From: Fistulifera solaris
Lineage: Eukaryota
Assembly: GCA_030295235.1 (NCBI GenBank)
Contig: AP026162.1
Span: 434,001-498,000 of the forward strand
Length of the DNA: 64,000 nucleotides
Direction: 5' to 3'
Both the position numbers and the translations under genes were made by a program. Under the pieces are notes generated by a model. The model saw only the letters and a program-made list of their open reading frames with translations. It was not told the origin of the DNA and made no database searches. Shown here piece after piece: positions 13,142 through 26,348 of the stretch (its first letter is position 1; every line of letters starts with the position of its first letter).

Positions 13142-13194
13142 ACTAGATATTTATCTAGAGTCATTCAACACCTCCAACAGGGTTACATCTTAAT

Positions 13195-13517
13195 TTAATG
13201 CGCGTGTTTTCCGTGTTTCGCTTCGTATGCCTGTTTGGCTTCTTCCAAGAGAACAGCTTTTACACGCGTTAATTCTTTTCGACTGTGCAGGCACTCGAAG
13301 TAATCTTGACGCCGATCGGAGCAAGGTTTTGAGTCCTTTCCCTCAGTAAGAAGCGTCTTTTGGTATTCGTGCTAACGAAGAATAGTCATGAGAGACAGCG
13401 AAAATCGATTTAGAGTGAAAACGAAGAGCAAAAATCACGTACCTGGCACTCCAAGAGGTCATGATAGAAGCCGTAGCATCGGCCAGTAGTACCGCGTACA
13501 CCCATTCCGCTTGCCAT
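13195..13517 (-). CDS. NDUFS5: Mitochondrial complex I 15 kDa subunit NDUFS5 (intron 13372-13442; absent from the ORF track)
   Basis: Manual translation gives MASGMGVRGTTGRCYGFYHDLLECQ|HEYQKTLLTEGKDSKPCSDRRQDYFECLHSRKELTR...H*. It has twin Cys pairs (CX9C) and the DYxECLH signature. Confidence 0.85.
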
Positions 13518-13949
13518 ATTTTTTTTTTTATTTCAAAGTAAGTTAAAAAAAATTCCGTGATCAACCAATATCCTCAACAGAATATCGGCTTGAAAGTGAA
13601 CTTGTAAAGAAGGATAACAGAATACAACAGCAACAATAAATAATAATAATGGCATCATGGCGATCATGCGTTTATTTATTTGCAGCACAAATAATCATGA
13701 GATGTCCCACCACCTTTAGTATACAACAATGTGTATATTACTTTTTCAGTCCTTAAATATTGAAACCGCATGGACAGGGCAAGCCTACTGCTTTCTAAAT
13801 GTCTCCACTGACGTCTGACGCATTTTCTGCAAACTCATAACCCATTCTCTGACTCTTGATGGTCCGCGTTCGTTGTGATGGTTGTGCCCGCAGTTCGTCT
13901 TGTTCATGCTGTTGATGTTGTTTCTACAATCACTTGTTATTTACTGACA

Positions 13950-14429
13950 ATGAAGAGCTTCCTTTCCTTAATCCTTGCCGCCTTGGCGGTTATCCAAGTT
14001 CAATCCTTTACTGGATACACCCCTGTCTTCGGAGCGGGCCAGAAAGTATGTATTTTCGATCAGCGATTGTTATCTTTCAAAGCCGTACTTTTACTCGAGG
14101 CATTACTTCAAAGTCGTGTTTATTTCGTATTATTTACTTACGCTTGTTGAATATCTTAGACGCAGAATGGATCGAACATGCAGATGCGAGCGCGAGTTTG
14201 TGACTTGTTGGGAAAGACACCCAACCGTCAAGCACGTGTTGTTACCTTCTCCCACAAGCGCAACAAGAAGGTTCAGGAAGTCAACTTGCAATGGAAACGA
14301 TTCTTTTCTGAGGAGTTGAACCGTAATGTGCGACTTCGTTTGAGCACCAAGGGAATCAAGACTGTCAACAAGTACGGAAGTATTGATAAGGCTGCCAAGA
14401 AGTTCGAATTGGACCTTGCCAAATTCTAA
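13950..14429 (+). CDS. rpl28: Plastid ribosomal protein bL28 with bipartite presequence (intron 14046-14159)
   Basis: Signal MKSFLSLILAALAVIQVQS-F, then ARVCDLLGK, FSHKRNKKVQEVNLQWKR and VRLRLSTKGIKTV. Confidence 0.9.
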
Positions 14430-14515
14430 AAAAATACTATCAGTTTAGAATATATGGTCGCGTCTCAAGGTTTCGGTTATTCAAACGTACATCGTCTATT
14501 TTATATGAAAAAGAC

Positions 14516-17197
14516 CTATGACTGGCATGTGATGCACACATCATCGCGTTCGGCGTCTTCAATGTTTGCATACAAACTATTCGTTGCACCTTTCTCCACC
14601 GTGTATTGAATGGCGTTCACTGCTGGTTTCGTTCGTAGGTAGTACATCCCTGTCTTTAATCCTTTCTTCCACGCGTAAAAATGCATAGCAGTTAGCTTGT
14701 CAACCGTAGGATCAGCGATGAAAAGATTGAGAGACTGACTCTGGTCAATGAATTTGCCCCGATCAGCAGCCATGTCAATGATGTCTTTCATCTTGATTTC
14801 CCACACTGTCTTGTACAGATCCTTTAGACGATCGGGTATCTCGGGGATGTTTTGAACAGATCCGCCGTCTCGCATCATTTGATTGCGTACAGAAGGAGTC
14901 CAGAGACCTCTGTCGGTCAGGTCTTGAAGTAGGTGTGGGTTGGCCATAATGAACTCACCTGCTCGCACTCTTCGAAGGTAGAGATTGGAACTAAAGGGTT
15001 CAAAGCATTCATTCACACCCAAGATTTGCGACGTTGAAGCAGTTGGCATCGGTGCAAGAAGGAGTGAGTTCCTCAAGCCGGTAGACATGATGCGTTCTCG
15101 AAGTCTCCTCCAATCATATCCACCATTCGTTGAGACCTCGTCTTCATACTTTTGAATCTTTTGCTGCTGGTGACCTTGCTTCCCATATCTGTGGCTTGGC
15201 GTTTGATCATCGTCTAAACCCCAAAAATTGAACTGCAGCTTTCCTTGACTTGCAGGACTACCTCCAAAGGAACTGTACGGACCTTCAGCTTCAGCCAGTT
15301 CGGCACTAGCCTCCAACGCGGCATTATAGATCGTTTCGAATATGGCTTCGTTCAATTCTTTCGCTTGCTGGGAAGTAAATGGCAACCCGAGACGCAGAAA
15401 TGCATCTGCTAGACCGGATACACCGATTCCGATCGGGCGATGATTCATGTTTGATGTGCGGGCTCCTTCCACTGGATAGCTGTTGACGTCAATGATTTTG
15501 TTGAGGTTACGGGTGACAACTTTCGTGGCACGATGCAGTGCTGCGTGGTCAAAGAAAAGCGCTACCCGAGTCGGGGTTACTTGACCCTATAGGGCCACGA
15601 TCCGTCACAACAAACTTCGACAAACAGATACTTGCAAGGTTGCAAACAGCTACTTCTTCTGGGCTTGTGTACTGGACAATTTCCGTGCAAAGATTACTGC
15701 ACTGGATGGTTCCAAGATTCTTCTGGTTACTCTTCGTGTTGCACGAATCCTTGTACAACATGTATGGCGTACCTGTTTCGATTTGAGACTCTAATATGGC
15801 ACTCCAAAGTTCGCGTGCTCTGATTTGCTTGACAAAGCGACCTTCCCTTTCGTATCCCTCGTATAACTCTTCAAATGCGCTGCCGTACTGTTCGGGTAAA
15901 CCAGGGCATTGTCGAGGGCACATCAGACTCCACATTCCATCTTCCTCAACACGTTTCATAAACAGATCGGGAATCCAAAGCGCATAGAACAAGTCTCGTG
16001 CCCGATGCTCTTCTTTTCCGTGATTTTTCTTGAGATTCAACACATCAAAGATATCAGAATGCCATGGTTCCAGGTAGACAGCAAAAGCTCCCGGCCGCTT
16101 GCCCCCGCCCTGGTCAACGTAACGACTCGTAGCATCGTAAACTCGGAGCATTGGCACCAAGCCATTCGAAACTCCGCGCGTACCACGAATTGGGGTTCCC
16201 CGGGCCCGGATATTGTGAACGGACAGGCCAATACCTCCGGCTGATTTGGAGATTACCGCACACCTCTTGAGGGTGTCGTATATCCCCGAAATCGAATCGT
16301 CACTCATTTGTACAAGGAAGCACGAGGAGAGTTGAGGATGCGTTGTACCTGAGTGAAAGAGCGTCGGTGAAGCATGCGTAAAGAATCCTCGACTCAGAAA
16401 ATCGTAAGTCTCAAACGCGGCCTTCAAATTCGCGTCTTCATTTAGTCGGTTGGGATCGCAGCAATGAATCCCGAGAGCGACCCTCATGAGAAGATATTGT
16501 GGTCGCTCTATAATCCTATTCGTATCTGTTTTCAGCAAATAGGCCCGCTCAAGAGTTTTGAAGCCGAAGTAAGTCAGGTCGAGGTCTCGCTGGTGTTGGA
16601 TCTGAGCATCAATTTCGGGCCCCCTCCGTCGCACCAAGTCCACCAACATCGGATTAATGAAGCTTTCTTCATCTTCTTCAGATAACACTTGAATTGCTTT
16701 GGAAAATGTGTTGGGCGTACTTTTGTGATTTTGTGTTATCACAATACGAGCTGCCAATCGCGCGTAATCGGGGTGTTGTGTGGACAAACTAGCTGCCGAC
16801 TCTGCAGCGAGGATATCCATTTCATGTGTTGTCACTTTAGGGTAAATCCCTCTGACGATTGAGTCCGTCAGTGACTGTAAATTAACGAACTGCAAGTTCA
16901 AGCCTTCGGATAGATCCTTCAGTCTGCGGTACACCTTGTTGGGGTCCATTTTTTCCAAACTTCCATCTCGTTTTGTTACACAATAGTCCTCGTCGGGTAA
17001 AGCCAAGCCGTCTGTCGGGTCGTTGAAGAGAAACAAACTTGGGCTAGCATCTCCGCTTTCATCGCTGTGATGTGAATTCTGTGTTGGTCTGCTTGGAAAG
17101 AATGGTGTAAACTGGGAGCGATCCCCTCCGACGCCGTGGTAAAGACGGGCAGTAAAAAGGCCGATACAAATGATAATAGACGACGCATTTTAGTCAT
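14516..17197 (-). CDS. RRM1: Ribonucleoside-diphosphate reductase large subunit, class Ia (frameshift ~15556; N-terminal extension joined by inferred frameshift ~17124)
   Basis: ATP-cone [60 protein letters not shown] and C-terminal CITC. Confidence 0.95.
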
Positions 17198-18078
17198 GCA
17201 ATGACCCTCGCTTCGATTCACGAGAAAGACACGGGCAGTAGAGAAATAGCGTTTTGACTAGTTGTTCTTATAGAATACTTGTTAAGCATTCAGCGGTAAC
17301 TTTGATGGTGCTGGGCGGTTTATTTATTTTTTTATTTATTAAGAAATGCTTTTATTCGTCGCGATGTCAAAATGCGTGATGATGAAGCACGTGTCGCACC
17401 GCATATAAAGTTACTAAAGACCATATAGTGCAACAACGGCAAAGAACCGCGGAGGCGAAGGAGTAGTAACACGCGTTTATCGCGTACTCCATGGTCAAGA
17501 TGATCAACTGATCTTTTCTAAAAAGAGCTAAAGTTGTTTGGGACTTCATTACTTGCGAATACCTTTCGATCCACAAGTCAAAAACCGGCTCGGATGTTTT
17601 TTCTTCTAATTTACTATCGTCCATAGTGTTGTCCGTTTTTCAGCCGGACTGGATTTAGAGCCACGAGATAAAACCGTGGAGACAAAAGGAGTCCAAGCAA
17701 ACAAGGTCCGTTTTGCTAGGTAAAGTTGCTTAGATTAGTATGTAATGCATTTTATTAGCACTAACAATGCCCTTTTCATTATACGTCGAAAAGCATCGCG
17801 AATGGTTGCCGTGAATTAATTTACTATGGGACAAAGTGTTGATTCAGCGCATCCACGACTGCACACATCTCTGTCATGAAACGCGGCGAAGAAAATGACG
17901 GCGGGTGCGGGTATGCGACGGCGATGATAGAAGAGATCATTATTATTTATGATGGTGATGATGATTGATACGGAGTAATCAATACGAAGTAGTTCCTTTT
18001 AAAGGGGTGTTCCAAGTAATAGAGTCGTATCAGGACACAAAAGACAATCGAGATAGGTGTAAGACAAGCGCTGAGAAA

Positions 18079-18789
18079 ATGACGCAATCGCCGCCCCAGA
18101 CTACAGCACAGCCAGTTCGAGAAGATGAAAAAGAATCGGCACGACTGTGCAATCAATGGGTGGAGAATGCACTTACTAAAAACAAATCCATCCAATTCCT
18201 TGTACAGCATTTAGTAGATTCTGGCTGTCAGCCACCTGATCGCTTCATTCGATGTATGTCTTGCGAAGAACCCGCCGCAGGTGGATTCGGCATGGTCGAA
18301 GAAGTTGTTCTGAAGACAAACAACAAGTTAGAATTGAAAGAGCAGTGCCATCGCTCTCTGCAAGACTTGCAGGATCAGATTCAACGCGAAAAGGAAGGCA
18401 CGTCGTCACTCAAATTAAACCCGGAAATTTACATTTGCCAGCAATACATGGAAAATGAACTCATGACACACAAAACGATTGCCCATGAACTCATCCACGC
18501 GATCGACATTTGTCGGACCAAGATGGATCCGATACGAAATTGCATACATCTTGCCTGTACCGAAATTCGAGCAGAGAACCTATCGGGGGAATGCTCTTTT
18601 TGGAAGGAACTTCCGCGCATGGAGAAGTACGCGGGGCATGGAAAAGAGTGCGTGCGGAGACGAGCCATTCTATCGGTGCGAGCCAATCCGAATTGTACAA
18701 AGCGAGCCGAAGAATACGTCGATGCATGTATGGATCGTTGCTTTCAAGACGTATATCCCTTTGATCGACATCCTAACTTGAGAGATTAG
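18079..18789 (+). CDS. ATP23: Mitochondrial inner-membrane metalloprotease Atp23 (peptidase M76)
   Basis: HELIHAID (HEXXH), HLACTEIRAENLSGEC, CVRRRAILSV and CFQDVYPF. Confidence 0.92.
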   Translation: MTQSPPQTTAQPVREDEKESARLCNQWVENALTKNKSIQFLVQHLVDSGCQPPDRFIRCMSCEEPAAGGFGMVEEVVLKTNNKLELKEQCHRSLQDLQDQIQREKEGTSSLKLNPEIYICQQYMENELMTHKTIAHELIHAIDICRTKMDPIRNCIHLACTEIRAENLSGECSFWKELPRMEKYAGHGKECVRRRAILSVRANPNCTKRAEEYVDACMDRCFQDVYPFDRHPNLRD

Positions 18790-18928
18790 TTTGATGGTAA
18801 TCTTATAGATACTTGCTAGAGATAGATTTGTGTCTTTCGAAATCATTTCTCTCAATAATGAGAACTGTAAAACAAATACTGCGCTTCCTTAAGCAAATAG
18901 GCTTTTTCAATGAGTGCTAGTTTAAGGT

Positions 18929-19402
<474 letters not shown>

Positions 19403-19843
19403 TTATATTGTCTGCGACAGCAACAATAGGATCCAGCAGTCAATCACAATCGGTGCTGTGATGATTTCCGAATTGCTCGCTTCATTGTCCTTGTTGGAGG
19501 ACGCGTTTCGTTTAGTAAAGCGGTAACCTTTTGTCAGTCCCCTGTCGCTCTGGGACATGACAAAGCTTCGGTCCGTCCGGTACCAGTGTGAAAGCTACCA
19601 CGTATTATGCAATGACGAGTTAACGGTAAAATAACAGCCAAAGCTTTGGCGAGAACCGCAAGGCGCAAGGCGCAAGACCCAATAACAACGACCCCATCGA
19701 CATCGCATCGACGGCATGATGAAAAAGAGTCTTTTTGCATCAAAACAACTTCCGAATCTATCCACACGCCGCGCGATGGCGACAACACAAAGCCTTTCAA
19801 TAAATCTATTTTGAGCATAGGAAAAATTGTCGGGAAACGAAAG

Positions 19844-21585
19844 ATGTTCACGTGCAGCTATTTAGACTTCTCGAGTCGTGGAGATGATCGTCCGGTCGAA
19901 TTGATGATTTTTACCTGGGTATTTTATATCATTCTTCCGCCAGCCATTCTTGCACTAGCCATTACACAGAACTTATTCGTGACTGTGGTCGCTGCTTTGA
20001 CGCTTCCGTCACTTGCCATTTGCCAGGGGGGCGATTGGTATTTTGAAATACCGTTACTTCTTCGGAGACGCTCCTCATCCTTTGACTCCGAGTCATGGTG
20101 TTGTCGTAGTTCAATCAGAAGACGAAAATGATCTGGCAAGCGGTAACTCTGACGATGAAACCTCTCAGTCGCAATGTCATGGCGAGGAATACAGGGCCGC
20201 CCTCTTCCTCTACGAGATCCTCCGCGGTGCCTACAAGCCGCACTGCAACAACCTCCGATTCGTGTATTGGTGATTGGAGATTCTTTGGCGATTGGCGTGG
20301 GTCAGAGCAAGTCGGCAACTCCAATATTACCAGAGGCGATTAGTAAAACTATTTCGAAGAAGCTGGGCGGGCGAATTGTTTATTGGAGTTGTCACGGAGC
20401 CCCGGGTGCGTCGACCGGATGGATTGTGAGAGAAATTGAACGAGGAATTAAGTTTGAAAAACAAAACGATTCGAAGCAGTCAACTATCGAGGATGATGAC
20501 GACTCGATCGCTCTAGATCAATTTTGTAAACCGAGTTGCAGCGACACTGATTCCAGTTCGGATGAATCTTCATCTTGTGACGAGACGTCCGAACCGTGCT
20601 CGTCGTCTCGGCGCAGTGATAACGAGGAGGACTCTGCAACTCTTAGTCAATGGAGAGAGATTTTAGCAGAGCATCGAAAACGCTTTGATCAGTCTGATTC
20701 ACTGGGGCCTTATGACATTGTTGTTGCGGTGACTGGCTCGAATGATCTAAAGAGTGCATGTTTTCCGTTTCTACTTAGAGGAGAAGATATTGAATTTCGA
20801 AGGCAGGCGAGAGAAAGAGGTGGTAGCTATACGCAAGAGCTGCGGCGGCTTCTTGAATCATTGAACGATACGATGCAACGACAGTTTGAAACAATCCGTC
20901 TTCAAGTGGAAGTTGCCAAGGATTCTGTGCTCGAAAAGGTCGGAGAAACGTTTGAGTATATTTCACCTGGTAGCAGCCAACGACTTCCGAGTCCCAGTCA
21001 AAAGAAGGCAATCCACGGTATGCATCAAGAGAAAGCGACCAGAATCAGCCTACTATGAGCAATCAATCATCGCGACAAGAATCCAGAAGTCGCCCTTTGG
21101 TTGTTCTCCCGGGAATGTGTGCACGCGCCGTCCCTTCTTTTCAAATATTGCCATTGAAATTTCTCTCTGTTCCGAGCGTGGACATAATGGATATGCATAA
21201 GCGAAATTTCGCGAAAGCAAATGAAGGAGACGTCATGTTCGTTCCGGCCCCGTCCATTCATAATCTTGCAGAATATCAAAACCGAAAAGGCGAAATATGG
21301 TCGCAGAAAGATACAGAAAATACGATTCTAGCGCTTCGTGATATATCGAAAAGAGACAGGCGGCGCATTGAGCGTGACATGAGCCGCTATTACCGGGAGA
21401 AGGCGGATGCTGTGGATCGAAGTATCGCTTCTCGATTTTCGTGGCTGTACTTGCATATGCCAGCCAATGAGATGTTCTCTGTGGATCAAGTTCATCCTTG
21501 CGACGAATGCTATGACTGCTGGGGACGGTTGATTGGAAATGCCATTTCAGATGAGCTACTTTCGAAAAAGAAACTAGCCAGCTAG
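19844..21585 (+). CDS. SGNH/GDSL-type hydrolase with N-terminal membrane segments (frameshifts ~20028, ~20159, ~21032)
   Basis: Block I VLVIGDSLAIGVG, block III TGSNDLK and block V DQVHP are spread over ORFs that join by single-base homopolymer corrections. Confidence 0.75.
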
Positions 21586-22219
21586 GTTGCCGCTCATGAC
21601 CTGCTGAACGGAGTTCCTAATTTGCCTCAATCGCCTCATACGGACGCCTTGAATGGATGTTCTGTACATTTGATTTAACGATTGAGCTGCATGCGGATGA
21701 ATCATCCACGCCTTGTAATTCTTTCTATTGTAAGATACATTTGATACTTAAGTCCGTTCAAATCACATTAGCAATGTCATCTAAGTCCATTCATTGATTA
21801 ACATGACGACCTTGCATATGGTAATTAGATGTTTATATGTACAAATAACGCTGTAAGCTTAAATGATGACGTTAATTCGGGCAACATTTAGTTTAAAAGC
21901 TAAGCTTCATAGACTAGACCCCAGCAAAAATGTTCACAGCTATAGCCCTGACTACTCTTGGCGCCATAGTTCAATACAGTGTTCTTTCAAATTTCGAGCG
22001 AGCGCTATGCGACACTATTGACGGTTCATAATATAGCATCTTCAAAGCATCTTTCTGGTTTTACGTTTTCGTCCCTGCTTCGCGTCGACCCGCGAACTTT
22101 GAAGTTGAAAGCGTAAAGATCGCAGATCGAGGTCGCGTCACTTCGAGCACGATTTTACTTCTCGCTTTTCTTTTCCCAATCTCTCGAGATCCTACAACAT
22201 CGTAACAACAAGAATCACC

Positions 22220-22900
22220 ATGAAGACCGCTATCCTTGCTTCCCTTATCGCCAGTGCCGCCGCCTTTGCTCCCAGTGAGCAGAAGGCTCGCACTTCGGTC
22301 GCCACTCAGATGTCGTCGTTCGAGAACGAGCTCGGTGTGACTCGTCCGTTGGGCCTCTACGATCCTCTTGGCTTGTTGAAGAACGCCGATGAAGCTAAGT
22401 TCAACCGCCTTCGATTTGTTGAGCTCAAACACGGCCGTATTTCTATGCTTGCTGTTGTTGGATACCTTGCCACCAAATGCGGAAACCGTCTCCCTGGTGA
22501 GATCGCCTTCGGCACCAAGTTCAGCGATATTGGCGATGGATTCACTGCTTTGACACAGATCCCCAAGGCTGGTCTTCTCCAGATTCTTTTCTTCATTGGT
22601 CTTTTGGAGACCTCCTTCATGAAGGCATGGATCCCTGGTGAGACTGTTGGTGACTTCCGCAACGGATACATCGACTTTGGCTGGGACTCGTTCAGCCCCG
22701 AAGAAAAGACACGTCAATACAACGCGGAAATCAACCAGGGCCGTGCCGCCATGATGGGTATTCTCGGTAAGAACTCACTTTGTGTCTTTTGTTTGCTATT
22801 TATTTGTGCGTGGATCTAATGAACTTTTTACTTTTCAGGACTTATGGTTCACGATCAGTTGGGCAACGTCGACGACCTCATTCCCTTCAAACTTGTCTAA
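22220..22900 (+). CDS. Lhcf: Fucoxanthin chlorophyll a/c-binding protein (Lhcf) (intron 22767-22838)
   Basis: ASAAAFAP plastid-targeting motif, FENELGV, ELKHGRISMLA and EINQGRAAMMGILGLMVH. Confidence 0.96.
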
Positions 22901-23173
22901 GCGTTTTAAGAATTTAAATAACTAGGATTCTGGTTGTTGCTTAGCTAGATTTGATCTTTTATTTTGTAAGGAGCAGTAGCAGTATTTGCGGTAGTGTGCC
23001 AATCAAACTGTAATTCTTGAACGAGTTTAGCTCTTGCATTAGAGGCGCGAATAGTGCAAGGCTTGTTTCAATTGAACAGCACAAGCATCATGATCCTTAC
23101 TCTTTAAGGTGATCCGTCAAAATCCTGAGCCAACCGAGTCATTCCATTACTACTTTGCTTGAAAAGCGATGGC

Positions 23174-24142
23174 CTACTGCAATTTTTCTACCTCCTTCAA
23201 AAATGTCGCAATATGGTGAAGCCAAAGAATGACCTGCAATGGCCACAAAAGCACCGGAAGATACAGACCAGAGTAATGTAAGGAGGCGGCTTGATACAGC
23301 ATCCACATTTCACCCAGCAAACACAGGGGAAAAAAGAACGCATCCATTATGATTCCGCCCAAAGCCCACCCAATCACTGCCACAAAATGCGAGCGGTGCA
23401 CACAGCCCACTAATGGAGTAAGAGAGTACTCAAGTCCGAACCGAACAACGGGAAGAAGCAACGCATACCACGTATTATAAGGTGATCGCCCTTGCAGAGC
23501 ATAGAGTATTTCCAAAGATGAAACACCCAGGGAAACACCCAGGGCAAATCGTACGGAGGAAGATATATTCTCATTGCACCACGCGTTGTGGGTGGTGGGA
23601 TCCCACGCACAAAGAAGCAGCCATACGACATAAAGCCAGCAAAGAATCCTCACAGCATAGTACCACTTGTGCCAATCATCGGGCGTTTTCCGATTCAACT
23701 CCTGTAAAAACATTGATAATCCATTAACGAATGGATTGCGTCGCCATTTCGGAACAGGAACAATCCCCAGATCATGGAGCAGTTTTTCCATTGAAGCTGC
23801 ATTCATCCACGACAGCGCCTGTCGGAGAGCTCCATCAACATCGTTTCCCTCCTCTTGATGCCTTCTCAAGACGGCGCCAGTTTCGTGCAAGTTAGCCATT
23901 ACGGCGCGAATACTACCACCAGGAGTCGGACAGATAAACTGCAGCAAATTCAGATATTTTAAAAGCGATGAGAATACTTCCGCAATCTCTTCTATGGTGG
24001 GAACATGGCTGTCGGCTTTCTCCTCGGCTGCGCGATTTGACCTCCGAAAATCGGTTTGACAGCGACTGCACGTTTCGCGGCCGTGTTTGGCACAATAGAT
24101 GCGACCGATTTCATCTCTTTGCACTTGCACGTAAACTGACAT
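23174..24142 (-). CDS. Chimeric membrane protein: N-terminal C-x2-H-x4-C-x2-C module + divergent HACD/PTPLA-like membrane domain
   Basis: YCAKHGRETCSRCQTDFR at the N-terminus. SLEILYALQGRSP and FPLCLLGEMWML resemble PTPLA segments. Several TM helices. Confidence 0.5.
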   Translation of the reverse strand: MSVYVQVQRDEIGRIYCAKHGRETCSRCQTDFRRSNRAAEEKADSHVPTIEEIAEVFSSLLKYLNLLQFICPTPGGSIRAVMANLHETGAVLRRHQEEGNDVDGALRQALSWMNAASMEKLLHDLGIVPVPKWRRNPFVNGLSMFLQELNRKTPDDWHKWYYAVRILCWLYVVWLLLCAWDPTTHNAWCNENISSSVRFALGVSLGVSSLEILYALQGRSPYNTWYALLLPVVRFGLEYSLTPLVGCVHRSHFVAVIGWALGGIIMDAFFFPLCLLGEMWMLYQAASLHYSGLYLPVLLWPLQVILWLHHIATFLKEVEKLQ

Positions 24143-25084
24143 TACAGCAGTCGAAACTTTAAGCTTCCGTTCTTATGATTCACACTAACTTATGGTGCAT
24201 GAGACTTTGTTGTTTTAAAAGATTTTTTTGCGAAAGAGAAAACGTTCTTCGTGACTAAATAATTATTCCAGTAATGAGTTATGTATTCGTTATTATATTC
24301 GCCGCAAAAAAATTTTATGCGGCGCAGCTGGGTCAAAAAAAATACGGAGTACCCGCAGAATTAACTAACGTTCTTGTCATTTCTTTTGGATCAAACATCA
24401 CTCTTTCTACAATACGTCAAGCTTTTATAATATGTAGTTTAGGTAGGAGGATCGACTATCAGCTCTCTCAATGCGGCCAGATTTTCGAGGCCGACACAAG
24501 GGCTTTCAAGCCACTTTGTCACTATCAAAGTTCAGCCGTTTTTCGAGCACTCATGGCTTTCAGTAAAGAAGTATACCAGTGGACGAGTTCTAAGGACAAG
24601 AACGCCACGACGATGTATAATGCAGGGGAATGCAACTCAGCTGCATGAGAAATCATCCACAATTCGCCCACCACACCCAAGGGAGCAAAAATCAAATTCA
24701 TTTCCATACAAAATTCACCAAAAACCCAGCCCATCACTGCAATGTAGTGTGATTGGTGCACACAGCCCGCCATTGGTGTCACGAACAATTCGACCCCTGG
24801 CCGAAGAACGGGTAGAGACAGTTCGATCCAAGTGGTGTTTGGTGAAAGACCTTGTAGAGCGTAGACGATTTCCAAGCAAGAAACGCCCAGCGCAAATTGC
24901 ACGGAAGATGAAATGTTCTCAATGCACCACGCGTTGTGAGTAGCAGGATTAGCGCCAAGCAATGGCCAAATGACGTGAGAGCCAGCTGAGGAGTCGCACA
25001 TGAAAATACCACTTGTGCCAATCCAAGGATGTTTTCTGACTCCATTCTTGCATCACCGAAGAGATATCTGCTTTGAGAAAATCA

Positions 25085-25712
25085 TTCCAGCTTTTTGATT
25101 CTTTCGGTTCGGGCTTGATGCAGATCTCCATATGATGAAGCAGCTCATCGATTTCCTCTTTACCCATCCATGACAGAGCTGTGAGAGGTCCCTCGACGTC
25201 TATTCCTTTGCATGCAACATCTTCAATTCGCCGCCTGTCTTTTCCACATAAGAAGTGAAAGCTTCAATGTTGTTTTGAGGGGGAGGAGGATGCATCGTCT
25301 GCACGAATGCCAGCATTTGGAGCAGCTTTGAGAATGATCTCGCCATGTCATGCACGGTAGGGCTGCGAGCGAGAATTTCCTTGATGATAGTCCCGTTCTT
25401 CTGCCTTGCGTTTTCTCTTCCGTCTTGCGATCATACCAGCTTTTTGATCCTTTCGGTTTGGGCTTGAAGCAGATCTTCATATCATGAAGCAATTCGTCGA
25501 TTTCCTCTTAAGCCCATCCACCACAGAGCGCTTCAGAGGTCCTTCAACGTCAATCCCTTGTGCATGCAGCATCTGCAATACACCGCCTGTCTCTTGCACA
25601 AAAGACATGCAATCTCTGATGTCTCTTTTAGGAGCGTACATTTTCTGCATCCATGTCAGAGTTTGGAGCAGCTCTGAGAAGTCTTCCGCGATGTCTTGTA
25701 CGGTAGGGGGCA
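25085..25712. repeat. Diverged direct duplication, period ~348 bp
   Basis: ccagctttttgattctttcggttcgggcttgatgcagatc at ~25088 versus ccagctttttgatcctttcggtttgggcttgaagcagatc at ~25436. Similarity continues for roughly 270 bp. Confidence 0.85.
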
Positions 25713-25747
25713 AGAGCCAGTATTTCCCTCATTGTAGTCCCTTTCGT

Positions 25748-25838
25748 CTGCTTTGCGTTTTTCTTCTGCTTTGCGTTTTTCTTCTGCTTTGCGTTTTTCT
25801 TCTGCTTTGCGTTTTTGTTCTGCTTTGCGTTGTTCTTC
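25748..25838. repeat. 18-bp minisatellite, ~5 copies (encodes KAEEKR on the - strand)
   Basis: (ctgctttgcgtttttctt)n is directly visible. Confidence 0.95.
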
Positions 25839-26348
25839 TTTCTCGCGGTTTTCATTCGGCTTGCGATTCCATTTTTGGAAATTGACGCGACACTTGCGAC
25901 ATTTGTCTCGGCCGTGTTTGGCGTAGAATTTTCGACCTTTTTCGTCAATGCTAATTTTCATCGTAACGTCCGACTTGCTTCTTCTTTGCTCCTCAACTCA
26001 AAAACTGTTCCTTCAAATTATGTGAGAAATGAATAGCAACGATCTTTCTGTTGCGAAAACACGCGTTTATTGCGAGTTCTTTGATGCTGCGGATGACGGG
26101 AATAAGCGAATAAATAATGTCCCTTCGAGTAGACTCTACTCTTTTCGTCATATATATTTCTTTCTCTGGATACCGTTACGATTACGATCGATCTGGTTGC
26201 GGTTTTCGACCTCGATGAAAGATCGCAAAGCAGATCATAGATCATTAATCATCGCTATTGATGGTGTTGACTTGATTCCACCTCGTCTTCAACAATTAAC
26301 AATTTCCTGACTCAGCAATAAATCGTCCGGTTGCTTGTCTCCGCGTGC

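Larger units (their letters stand above)
24525..25963 (-). pseudogene. Disrupted tandem paralog of 23174-24142 with internal duplication and minisatellite (pseudogene or error-rich model)
   Basis: FYAKHGRDKCRKCRVNF, PTVQDIAEDFSELL, DWHKWY, THNAWCIENISSSVQFALGVS and APLGVVGELWMI match the neighbour but are spread over at least five frames. Confidence 0.6.
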
